From contig CAZDHX010000005.1 in the NCBI GenBank assembly GCA_964505425.1, positions 3,726-67,725 of the forward strand: a stretch of DNA of 64,000 bases, given 5' to 3'. Shown here piece after piece: positions 45,380-53,612 of the stretch (position 1 is its first letter; each line of letters starts with the position of its first letter). Position numbers and translations under genes: made by a program. The stretch is from an uncultured Dehalococcoidales bacterium. GTDB taxonomy: Bacteria > Chloroflexota > Dehalococcoidia > Dehalococcoidales > BS750m-G39. The notes below the pieces were generated by a model. It was not told where the DNA came from, did no database searches, and saw only the letters and a program-made list of their open reading frames with translations.

Positions 45380-46087
45380 ATAACTAAAGGCGAAAGAAAT
45401 GCTGTTCTCCCCACCCACATAGCCATTGTCCCCGACGGCAATGGTAGATGGGCAGAACAGCGTGGGCTACCCCGCCTTGAAGGCCACCAGGCAGGAGCCG
45501 AAAACCTGAGCACCGTAATTGAGTACCTCAACGACTGCCAGATAAAGTATGTCACCGTTTATACCTTCTCCACCGAAAACTGGAATCGCCCTGAAGATGA
45601 GGTCGCTGGCTTACTTCACCTCGCGGAGGAGCTGATAGACAAGGAGGCCCGCGAACTTCATAAAAAGGGCATCAGACTTCTTCACCTCGGTCGCCTCCAG
45701 GGGCTACCGCCAGGGCTCCAGCGAGCAATAAACAGAGGGGTGGAGCTGACCAAAAATAATACCGGCATGACCTTCAGCCTCGCCTTCAACTACGGGGGGC
45801 GGGCTGAGATTTTAGACGCCGTCGGCAGAATTATCGCCGATGGCATCCCCCCGGAAAAACTGGATGAAAAACTGTTTGCTAGCTATCTTTACATCGCCGA
45901 TTTGCCTGATGTTGACCTGTTAATTCGCACCGCCAATGAACTCCGCCTGAGTAACTTTTTGCTCTGGCAGACGGCTTACAGCGAATACTACTTCACCAAG
46001 GTTCTATGGCCTGACTTCGATAAGAAAGAGGTTGACCAGGCGCTGCTCGCCTACAGCCGGCGGCAGAGGCGCTTCGGTGGGCTATAA
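45380..46087 (+). CDS. uppS: Undecaprenyl-diphosphate synthase, apparent ATA start codon
   Basis: The catalytic N-terminal half (PTHIAIVPDGNGRWA...YTFSTENWNRP) is encoded upstream of the only canonical start (ATG 45740). The frame opens after TGA at 45365-45367 with no ATG/GTG/TTG. ATA at 45380 lies 6 nt after GGAGG (45369-45373). Confidence 0.8.
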   Translation: MTKGERNAVLPTHIAIVPDGNGRWAEQRGLPRLEGHQAGAENLSTVIEYLNDCQIKYVTVYTFSTENWNRPEDEVAGLLHLAEELIDKEARELHKKGIRLLHLGRLQGLPPGLQRAINRGVELTKNNTGMTFSLAFNYGGRAEILDAVGRIIADGIPPEKLDEKLFASYLYIADLPDVDLLIRTANELRLSNFLLWQTAYSEYYFTKVLWPDFDKKEVDQALLAYSRRQRRFGGL

Positions 46088-46091
46088 TTAT

Positions 46092-46883
46092 ATGTTGAAG
46101 AAAAGGATTATAACCGGGCTGTGGGGCATCCCTCTCTTAGTGGCGGCTGTCTGGTTTGATAAGCCCCTCCCCTGGCTCACCGTCCTGGTGGCTATCTGGG
46201 GGGCGCTGGCGGTCTTTGAATTCTACAAGCTCGCCGCCGGGAAAGGGGTACAACCTCTCACCTACTTCGGGCTGGCGTGGACGGTTTTATTTATCATCAG
46301 CCCGCATTTTAAGTATGACTTCACCCTGCCACTCCTCTTAACCTCAGGGGTGGTGATATCTCTCATCTGGCTCCTCGGGCGTCCCAAAAAGGAGGGGGCT
46401 TTCCTCGACTGGGCGTGGACATTGGGCGGAATCCTCTACCTCGGCTGGCTGCTGAGTTACTTTGTGGCGCTAAGGGGTCTGGAGGACGGCCGGAACTGGG
46501 TATTCTTCGCCCTGTTCGCCACCTTCGCCTCGGATACCGCCGCCTTCTTCGTCGGCAGGGCGCTGGGCAGGCACAAGCTCGCCCCCCGCATCAGCCCAGG
46601 AAAGACCTGGGAGGGGACTATCGCCGGCGTCTTGGGGGCTATTATCGTCAGCCTGCCCTTCACCCTGCTGATACCAATCCCGTACTGGCAGGCGATAGTC
46701 CTCGGCATATTAGTCAGCATCTTCGGGCAGCTCGGCGACCTGGCGGAGTCCCTGCTCAAGCGCAACATGGGGGTAAAGGACTCGGGCAGGCTGATTCCGG
46801 GGCACGGCGGTTTTCTGGACAGGATAGACAGCGTTGTCTTTACCGGCGTAGTAGTATACTATTACGTTATATGGGCGATATAA
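46092..46883 (+). CDS. cdsA: Phosphatidate cytidylyltransferase
   Basis: Multi-TM protein with the SxxKRxxGVKDSGxLIPGHGGxLDRIDS signature. The start is taken at ATG 46092. Confidence 0.85.
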   Translation: MLKKRIITGLWGIPLLVAAVWFDKPLPWLTVLVAIWGALAVFEFYKLAAGKGVQPLTYFGLAWTVLFIISPHFKYDFTLPLLLTSGVVISLIWLLGRPKKEGAFLDWAWTLGGILYLGWLLSYFVALRGLEDGRNWVFFALFATFASDTAAFFVGRALGRHKLAPRISPGKTWEGTIAGVLGAIIVSLPFTLLIPIPYWQAIVLGILVSIFGQLGDLAESLLKRNMGVKDSGRLIPGHGGFLDRIDSVVFTGVVVYYYVIWAI

Positions 46884-48001
46884 AGCGGGTAGCTGTCCTC
46901 GGTTCCACCGGCTCCATCGGTCGTCAAACCCTGGAAATAATCGGCGCCCACCCCAAAAATTTCGGCATTATAGGGCTGGCGGCGGGTAAGAACCTTGCCT
47001 TGCTCACCAGCCAAATCAAACAGTTCCAGCCGAGGTTTGTCTATTCCCAGGATAAAAAGGCTAACCTCCAAGGCGAGTTCCTCTCGCTGGAAGAAATGGC
47101 CAGCCACCCCGAGGTAGATATGGTGGTTATGGCCACCTCGGGGAGGTGGGGGCTAAAGCCGACGCTGGCGGCAGCGAGAGCCGGTAAGAGAATCGCCCTG
47201 GCCAACAAGGAATCGCTGGTCATGGCGGGGGAGACTATTATTGCTGAGGCAAAGAGAAACAAGGCAAGGGTTCTGCCCGTTGACAGCGAACACAGCGCCA
47301 TATGGCAGTGCCTTGAGGGTGAACAGGACAAGCCGACTAAGATTATCCTCACCGCCTCCGGCGGGCCGTTTTATGGTTATTCACCGGCTAAGCTGGATAA
47401 GGTTACCGCGGAGCAGGCGCTGAAACACCCGTCGTGGCGGATGGGGAAAAAGGTCACCATTGACTCGGCGACCCTGATGAACAAGGGGCTGGAGGTAATT
47501 GAAGCCCACTGGCTTTTTGATATTCCCATTGACAGCATTGATGTCCTTGTCCACCCCCAGAGCATAATTCACTCCATGGTTGAGTTCAGCGACGGCTCGG
47601 TTAAAGCCCAGCTCGGCTGCCCCGACATGCGCCTGCCCATTCAATACGCCCTATCTTATCCTGAACGCCTGCCCAACCCCGAACTCCCCAGGCTTGACTG
47701 GGAGAACATTAAAGAGCTGAACTTTGCCCCGCCTGATTTCGATAGCTTCCCCTGCCTCAGGCTCGCCATTGAGGCGGGAAGGAAGGGAGGGACCTATCCC
47801 GCCGTCCTCTGCGGCGCCGATGAGGTCGCCGTTGATCTGTTTTTATCCGGGCACATCAAGTTTACCGATATTGCCCGGCTCGTTGAGCCGGTGCTGGAGA
47901 AGCACCACCCTATCCCCTCCCCCACACTGGAGGAGATTCTGGCGGCGGATAGCTGGGCGAGGGAAGAGGTCAAACGATTGGCTGGCGGAGATAAGCGATG
48001 A
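46871..48001 (+). CDS. dxr: 1-deoxy-D-xylulose 5-phosphate reductoisomerase
   Basis: VAVLGSTGSIGRQTL, LANKESLV, DSEHSAI and HPSWRMG. The first ~150 codons of track ORF 46415..48001 overlap cdsA in another frame and are rejected. Confidence 0.9.
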   Translation: MGDIKRVAVLGSTGSIGRQTLEIIGAHPKNFGIIGLAAGKNLALLTSQIKQFQPRFVYSQDKKANLQGEFLSLEEMASHPEVDMVVMATSGRWGLKPTLAAARAGKRIALANKESLVMAGETIIAEAKRNKARVLPVDSEHSAIWQCLEGEQDKPTKIILTASGGPFYGYSPAKLDKVTAEQALKHPSWRMGKKVTIDSATLMNKGLEVIEAHWLFDIPIDSIDVLVHPQSIIHSMVEFSDGSVKAQLGCPDMRLPIQYALSYPERLPNPELPRLDWENIKELNFAPPDFDSFPCLRLAIEAGRKGGTYPAVLCGADEVAVDLFLSGHIKFTDIARLVEPVLEKHHPIPSPTLEEILAADSWAREEVKRLAGGDKR

Positions 48002-49050
48002 TAATTACCATATTAGCCTTTCTGGGTGTGCTGGCGCTGCTTATCATTGCCCATGAGCTGGGGCATTTTGCCACTGCCAAAGCCTATAAAATAAAGGTGG
48101 AGGAGTTCGGGGTGGGCTTCCCGCCGAGGTTATTCGGCATAAAAAGGGGAGAAACGCTATATTCACTGAACGCCATACCACTGGGCGGATTTACCAAGAT
48201 GGCGGGCGAGGAAGACCCCAAGGTTAAGGGGAGCTTCGCCGGTAAGGGTGTTGGCGCCCGGCTAATCGTGCTCAGCGCCGGCTCAATAATGAACCTCCTG
48301 CTGCCCATACTCTTATTTTCCATCGCCTTCATGATTCCCCACCAGGTGGTAATGGAACCGACGGTAGTGGCAGTAGTGAACCCTGGTTCACCCGCCGCCA
48401 GCGCCGGCATTGAAGTTGGCGATACCATTCTTGAGGTAAATGGGGAACCAATAAATAATTTCAGCGAACTCCAACGTTATACCGCGCTCAACCTGGGTCA
48501 GGAAATTACCATATTGGTTGAGCACAGCGATTCAACCAGAGAAGAGGTCCAACTGATACCCAGGTGGAAGCCGCCGGAGAATGAAGGGGCGATTGGCATT
48601 GAGCGTGATATGGAGTTTGCCCTGGCCAACAGGACTACTGCTAGCCAGCATGAGCCCTTCTGGGAGGCAATACCCATGGGAGTCAGCGAATGCGTGGAGG
48701 TCTTCGCCGTAATCAAGAATGAGGTGTTGAGGTGGGTCAGCGGGGCAACCGCCCCCCAGGTGACCGGTCCGGTTGGCATCGCCCAGATAACCGGCGAGGC
48801 GGCTAAAGCCGGGGTTAGCCCGCTTCTGGAACTTACCGGCTTTATCAGCATAAACCTGGGCATAATAAACCTCCTCCCCCTCCCCGCCCTGGACGGTGGC
48901 AGGATTGTCTTCGTCCTCCTGGAGTGGGCGCGGCGGGGCAAGCGGGTATCGCCCAAGAAGGAGGGGCTGGTGCACCTTATCGGCTTCGCTATGCTGATGG
49001 CGCTGATTCTAGTAATCACCTACCAGGATATAATACGTATTATAAGTTGA
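47998..49050 (+). CDS. rseP: Site-2 (M50) zinc metalloprotease RseP/RasP family with PDZ domain
   Basis: HELGHF (HExxH) in TM1, a central PDZ (GDTILEVNG) and NLLPLPALDGG. Confidence 0.85.
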   Translation: MIITILAFLGVLALLIIAHELGHFATAKAYKIKVEEFGVGFPPRLFGIKRGETLYSLNAIPLGGFTKMAGEEDPKVKGSFAGKGVGARLIVLSAGSIMNLLLPILLFSIAFMIPHQVVMEPTVVAVVNPGSPAASAGIEVGDTILEVNGEPINNFSELQRYTALNLGQEITILVEHSDSTREEVQLIPRWKPPENEGAIGIERDMEFALANRTTASQHEPFWEAIPMGVSECVEVFAVIKNEVLRWVSGATAPQVTGPVGIAQITGEAAKAGVSPLLELTGFISINLGIINLLPLPALDGGRIVFVLLEWARRGKRVSPKKEGLVHLIGFAMLMALILVITYQDIIRIIS

Positions 49051-49056
49051 GAGAGT

Positions 49057-50103
49057 ATGAACCCAAGACGAAGGTCTAAACCAATCGAGATTGGCAAGGT
49101 GACCGTCGGCGGTGACGCCCCTATCGTGGTGCAGTCCATGACCAAGACCGACACCCGTGACGTAAAGGCGACCATCGCCCAGATAAGGGAGCTTGAGGAC
49201 TGCGGCTGCGAGCTGGTGCGGGTGGCGGTGCCCGATATGAAAGCCGCCGAGGCAATCTCGCCCATCAAACAGGGCGTTTCTATCCCCATAGTCGCCGATA
49301 TCCACTTTGACTATCGCCTTGCCCTGATGGCGCTGGTAGCCGGGGCTGACGGGCTGCGGCTAAATCCGGGCAATATCAGCCAGCCGGAGGAGGTTAAAAA
49401 AATAGTCCAAGCCGCCAAAGAAAGAGGTGTCCCCATCCGCATCGGGGTAAACGCCGGCAGCCTGCCCGAATCCAAAAAACCAAAACTGACCGTTGCCGAG
49501 CAGATGGTTGAGGCGGCGCTGGAGCAGGTAAGACTACTGGAAAGCCTGGACTTTGACCTCATAAAGGTCTCGCTCAAAGCCTTTGATGTCCCCACCACCA
49601 TAGAGGCTTACCAGAGTATCGCTCAGAGGATACCCTATCCATTGCACATCGGCGTTACCGAAGCCGGTCCCCCCCGTACCGGCATTATCCGCAGTACGGT
49701 GGGCATAGGCACCCTTTTATATCAGGGCATCGGCGATACTATCCGGGTCTCGCTCACCGCCCACCCCAGGGAGGAGGTCATCGCCGGCTATGAAATTCTG
49801 AAGAGCCTGAATCTGCACCAGCATGGTCCGGTACTGGTTTCCTGCCCCTCCTGCGGGCGGGCTGAGGTTGATATAATAAGATTAGCCGAGGCGGTGGAGA
49901 AGGAGCTGCTAAAAATTACCAAGCCGATAAAGGTGGCGGTGATGGGCTGTGTGGTCAACGGGCCGGGGGAAGCCAAAGACGCCGATATCGGCATCGCCTG
50001 CGGCAAGGGCAGAGCCGTTTTGTTCAAGAAGGGCAAGAAGGTTAAGACTATAGAAGAGAAGGATTTTATAACTGCGCTGATGAGAGAAGTAGAAGGGATA
50101 TAA
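49057..50103 (+). CDS. ispG: 4-hydroxy-3-methylbut-2-enyl-diphosphate synthase
   Basis: VQSMTKTDT, VRVAVP, ADIHFD, and SCPSCGR / GCVVNGPGE Cys ligands. Confidence 0.9.
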   Translation: MNPRRRSKPIEIGKVTVGGDAPIVVQSMTKTDTRDVKATIAQIRELEDCGCELVRVAVPDMKAAEAISPIKQGVSIPIVADIHFDYRLALMALVAGADGLRLNPGNISQPEEVKKIVQAAKERGVPIRIGVNAGSLPESKKPKLTVAEQMVEAALEQVRLLESLDFDLIKVSLKAFDVPTTIEAYQSIAQRIPYPLHIGVTEAGPPRTGIIRSTVGIGTLLYQGIGDTIRVSLTAHPREEVIAGYEILKSLNLHQHGPVLVSCPSCGRAEVDIIRLAEAVEKELLKITKPIKVAVMGCVVNGPGEAKDADIGIACGKGRAVLFKKGKKVKTIEEKDFITALMREVEGI

Positions 50104-50116
50104 AGAGGAGGTCTCA

Positions 50117-50494
50117 ATGGAGAAATGCGCAATTTGCGGCTGCAGGATTCATCGTAAAGGGGACGACTACGCAAAACCAAATAGTAAAGGACGCTCCCAT
50201 GCCACGAAACATCACAATATAGCCAAACGTTTTCTCAACGGTGACAATCCTATTTTTCCGAAGTGCCCGTGGCCGGAGGAACAAAAAAGCCCAAAAGAGT
50301 TCTGTTACGAATGCCATGAAGAACTACTACATAACCCCATATTTTTGTCTGCTGATATTAGCGGATTTGCCAAGCTAGTTGAACGAAGGAACCTAAACGA
50401 AACTAATAAAACCGATAATAGGAGTAAAATAGCTGGACGAATTAAGCTTTTACATGAGGTGATAGAGGAAGGAATAAGGACACTACTTGGGTAG
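50117..50494 (+). CDS. Small Cys/His-rich protein, possibly HNH-like
   Basis: CAICGCRIH...HATKHHNIAKRF...CYECHEELLHN resembles an HNH/zinc-finger layout. AT-rich. Lies between ispG and a repeat copy. Confidence 0.4.
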   Translation: MEKCAICGCRIHRKGDDYAKPNSKGRSHATKHHNIAKRFLNGDNPIFPKCPWPEEQKSPKEFCYECHEELLHNPIFLSADISGFAKLVERRNLNETNKTDNRSKIAGRIKLLHEVIEEGIRTLLG

Positions 50495-50505
50495 AAAAAG
50501 GAAGT

Positions 50506-50596
50506 GGGTGTCCAAGAGGGGCGCTTTCTCCTCTTCTATATCCTCCCCCTCTCCTTTGAAGCCTTGAAGGAGAGGGGGATAAAGGGGGTGAGGTAG
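50506..50596. repeat. Composite GC-rich hairpin repeat, copy E (reverse orientation)
   Basis: GGGTGTCCAAGAGGGGCGCTTTCTCCTCTT followed by TCCTCCCCCTCTCCTTTGAAGCCTTGAAGGAGAGGGGGATAAAGGGGGTGAGGTAG. Confidence 0.85.
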
Positions 50597-50605
50597 ATAA
50601 ATAAA

Positions 50606-51010
50606 ATGAAAAAGCTAATTGTTTTAGGCGCTGTAGCTCTAATGGCTCTGCTACTCATAACCTCGGTAGCCAGCTGTCAGCAGCAGCCTCAGCCAGAAGA
50701 GCCGCCCAGCTTGGCGATTATGGTTGAGTCCAATGTCGTTGACGCCGGCTCTTCTTTCATGATCTCAGGCTCAAACCTAGATCCTTATCAGAAGGTATGG
50801 GCTGAGTTCAACTATAAAGCGAGTGACCGGGGAGAGGATGTATCAGTCTACGGTGAGCCCGATGAAGAGGGCACGATTCATGCTGTAATACCCGTTCCAG
50901 AGGATATAGTCCCTGGCGACTATGAGGTCGAGATTTATGTAGGTAAGCACCTTGATGACCGGGAGCTAATAGCTACCCTCCCTATTCATATCCAGGCGAA
51001 GGAAAAATGA
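50606..51010 (+). CDS. Putative lipoprotein
   Basis: Signal peptide with lipobox MKKLIVLGAVALMALLLITSVASC. No family recognised. Confidence 0.6.
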   Translation: MKKLIVLGAVALMALLLITSVASCQQQPQPEEPPSLAIMVESNVVDAGSSFMISGSNLDPYQKVWAEFNYKASDRGEDVSVYGEPDEEGTIHAVIPVPEDIVPGDYEVEIYVGKHLDDRELIATLPIHIQAKEK

Positions 51011-51044
51011 AGAAACTTGTTACTGTATCCGCTGGGGAAATCTG

Positions 51045-51065
51045 AAGGGGGTGAGGTAGATAAAT
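51045..51065. repeat. Solo arm of the repeat family; 21-nt exact duplicate of 50582-50602
   Basis: AAGGGGGTGAGGTAGATAAAT occurs identically upstream of both lipoprotein genes. Confidence 0.8.
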
Positions 51066-51117
51066 GTAAACGGAGTAAAAAACGCGCATATCAAATATAT
51101 CAGGAGGTCGTAAACCG

Positions 51118-51618
51118 ATGAAAAAAGTTATTGTGATAGGTATAGCACTAGTTCTGGGACTTCTTCTATTACCCGCTTGCGCTGGTGGCGGGGTATCTCA
51201 GGCAGAGTATGACAAGATAAGTAGCGACCTTGCCACGGCTCAAACGCAAATTCAATCATTGCAGGCTGACTTAGCGACAGCGCAGGCAGAAGTCCAATCA
51301 TTGCAGGGTGATTTAGCGGCAGCGCAAGCACAAGTCCAGTCTCTACAGGCAACTGCAGGGGCAAACGCCGCTGAAACGCTGGCTTACGCTGAGTTTCTTG
51401 ACGTACTTATGTCCCCCGATTACAAGAAGGTCGCTATCATTCCCCGCTTTGATTTTGCGAACGAGCTTGCGTGGCTGGCAGAGCTGGAGAATAGAGCCAC
51501 GGACTTAGGCGACACAAGGCTGAGCGACTATATTGAGGCAATGCAGAAAGGCAGCGCCGCTGCCAAACCCTCGGCATGGGATTATTGCCTCGGAATAATA
51601 GAGGAGAACTCGCAGTAA
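51118..51618 (+). CDS. Putative lipoprotein with a triple 14-aa coiled-coil repeat
   Basis: Lipobox MKKVIVIGIALVLGLLLLPAC, then DLATAQTQIQSLQA / DLATAQAEVQSLQG / DLAAAQAQVQSLQA. Confidence 0.6.
   Translation: MKKVIVIGIALVLGLLLLPACAGGGVSQAEYDKISSDLATAQTQIQSLQADLATAQAEVQSLQGDLAAAQAQVQSLQATAGANAAETLAYAEFLDVLMSPDYKKVAIIPRFDFANELAWLAELENRATDLGDTRLSDYIEAMQKGSAAAKPSAWDYCLGIIEENSQ
51226..51351 (+). repeat. 3 x 42-bp in-frame tandem repeat
   Basis: The units are 51226-51267, 51268-51309 and 51310-51351, and have diverged mostly at synonymous or conservative positions. Confidence 0.85.
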
Positions 51619-51681
51619 GGGAATTAAGGGGAGTAGAATAAACCTGCTCAATGTGGTTTAATACATAAAACCTCTAAACAA

Positions 51682-53385
51682 ATGCGCATATCAAAGCTCT
51701 TCGGCAAGACACAAAAGGAGACGCCGGCTGAGGCGGAGACAATCAGCCACCGCCTACTGCTGAGGGCGGGGATGATTCATCAGGTGGCGGCGGGCGTCTA
51801 TTCCTACCTGCCCCTGGGGTGGCGGGTGCTCAAAAAGATAGCCAGTATAATCCGCGACGAGATGGATAAAGCCGGGGGACAGGAACTATCCATGCCCGTC
51901 CTCCAGCCATTAGAGCTGTGGCAGGAAACAGGGAGAGACCAAGCCTTCGGCAAGGGGCTCTTTACCCTCACCGACCGCCGGGAGAGAAACTTGGTTCTGG
52001 GACCAACCCACGAAGAGGTCATCACCGAGCTGGTCAAGTATAACGTCCAGAGCTACCGCGACCTGCCCCTTCTCCTGTATCAAATACAGTCCAAGTTCCG
52101 CGACGAGCCCCGCCCCCGCGGCGGCTTAATCAGAATCCGCGAGTTCACCATGAAAGACCTCTATAGCTTTGACACCAGCGAAGACGGCTTAGACCAGAGC
52201 TATAGTAAGATGCTCCAGGCGTATAAAAATATCTATGACCGCTGCGGGCTGCCCAGCCGGCTGGTTGAGGCGGATAGCGGCGCCATCGGCGGCAAGGAGT
52301 CCCACGAGTTCATGGTCATCACCGAGGGCGGGGAGGACGAGATTATCTACTGCGACAAATGCAAATACGCAGCTAATGTGGAGAAGGCGGAGAGCAAAAA
52401 GAGCAAGATAGAAGCCGGGAAGCCGTTGCCCGTGGAAGAAGTGGCTACCCCCGGCACCGCCACCATTGAGCAGGTCGCCGAGTTCTTCAAGATACCCAAA
52501 AGCCATACCCTCAAAGCCGTGTTCTACATCGCCGACGGCAAGCTGGTCTTCGTCGTTATCAGGGGGGACATTGAGGTGAACGAGGTCAAGCTAAAGAACG
52601 CCCTTGGCGGCGCTGACCTCAGCCTCGCCACCGAGGCTGAGATTATCAAAGCCGGCATCGTCGCCGGGGCGGCTTCGCCCATCGGCATAAAGGGCATTAA
52701 AATCGTCGCTGACGATTCCATAACCCTGGGGGCAAACTTCGTCGCCGGCGCCAATAAAGCCGAGACCCACCTTAAAAATGTCAACTACCCCAGGGACTTT
52801 AAGGCTGACATGGTGACCGATATCGCCCAGGCTAGTGCCGGGGAGGAGTGCCCGAGGTGTGAGGGCAAGCTGCTATCAACGCGGGGCATTGAGGTGGGGC
52901 ACATCTTCAAGCTGGGCACCTTCCTCAGCCAAAAACTGGGCGCCCTCTTTATTGACCCCAGCGGCACAACTCACCCCATCATCATGGGGTGCTACGGCAT
53001 CGGGCTTGACCGCCTGCTAGCCGCCGCCATAGAGCAGAACCACGATGATAAGGGCATTATCTGGCCAACGTCCATCGCCCCCTATCAGGTCTATCTCTGC
53101 CCCATATCTATGGAAAACCAAAAGGTGACTGATGCCGCCGAAAGCCTCTACGCTGAGCTAGAGGCACAGGGCTTAGAAGTCCTCTATGACGACCGCAGAG
53201 AATCGGCGGGGGTAAAGTTCAACGACGCCGACCTCCTGGGGATACCAATCAGGGTTACCATAAGCCCGCGCACTCTAGAAAAAGATAACGTGGAGATAAA
53301 GCGGCGCTCGGAGAAAGAAGCCGAGCTGGCGCCGCTTAAGGGGATAGCGGGGAAGCTCAAGGAACTTATTGGGAAAACTGTCTAG
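51682..53385 (+). CDS. proS: Prolyl-tRNA synthetase (bacterial type with INS editing domain)
   Basis: 567 aa with RAGMIHQVAAGVYSYLPLG, FRDEPRPRGGLIRIREF and GCYGIG. Confidence 0.95.
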   Translation: MRISKLFGKTQKETPAEAETISHRLLLRAGMIHQVAAGVYSYLPLGWRVLKKIASIIRDEMDKAGGQELSMPVLQPLELWQETGRDQAFGKGLFTLTDRRERNLVLGPTHEEVITELVKYNVQSYRDLPLLLYQIQSKFRDEPRPRGGLIRIREFTMKDLYSFDTSEDGLDQSYSKMLQAYKNIYDRCGLPSRLVEADSGAIGGKESHEFMVITEGGEDEIIYCDKCKYAANVEKAESKKSKIEAGKPLPVEEVATPGTATIEQVAEFFKIPKSHTLKAVFYIADGKLVFVVIRGDIEVNEVKLKNALGGADLSLATEAEIIKAGIVAGAASPIGIKGIKIVADDSITLGANFVAGANKAETHLKNVNYPRDFKADMVTDIAQASAGEECPRCEGKLLSTRGIEVGHIFKLGTFLSQKLGALFIDPSGTTHPIIMGCYGIGLDRLLAAAIEQNHDDKGIIWPTSIAPYQVYLCPISMENQKVTDAAESLYAELEAQGLEVLYDDRRESAGVKFNDADLLGIPIRVTISPRTLEKDNVEIKRRSEKEAELAPLKGIAGKLKELIGKTV

Positions 53386-53386
53386 G

Positions 53387-53539
53387 TTACTTCTTCTTCG
53401 GCGCTACTAGAAGCACTATGCCGAAAGCTAAGACCAGAGCCCCCAACACGATGCTTGACCAAAGCGAGGGGCACATAAAGGCAGCAATGACCAGCACCCC
53501 CAGGACTATGTTAATGATGGCGACAGTTTTAACTTTCAT
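53387..53539 (-). CDS. Small (50 aa) two-TM membrane protein
   Basis: Below the track length cutoff and translated by hand: MKVKTVAIINIVLGVLVIAAFMCPSLWSSIVLGALVLAFGIVLLVAPKKK, with a GAGGGGGAG SD. Replaces antisense track ORF 53418..53624. Confidence 0.45.
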   Translation of the reverse strand: MKVKTVAIINIVLGVLVIAAFMCPSLWSSIVLGALVLAFGIVLLVAPKKK

Positions 53540-53612
53540 ATCTCCCCCTCAAATTTTTTATCTTACCCCCACATTATACAGGCTGGTGTCAAGGGTTGTT
53601 ATGGGGTTAAAG

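Noticed and set aside
46415-46870. The N-terminal ~150 codons of track ORF 46415..48001 (an Arg/Gly/Pro-rich low-complexity sequence)
   Set aside because: They overlap cdsA in a different frame. The Dxr homology (VAVLGSTGSIG) starts at ATG 46871, so the extension is an out-of-frame artefact of GC-rich coding DNA.
51084-51695. An identical 12-mer, GCGCATATCAAA, at 51084-51095 and 51684-51695, exactly 600 nt apart
   Set aside because: Many 12-mer coincidences are expected by chance in 64 kb. The second copy is simply the first codons of proS, and there is no extended similarity around them.
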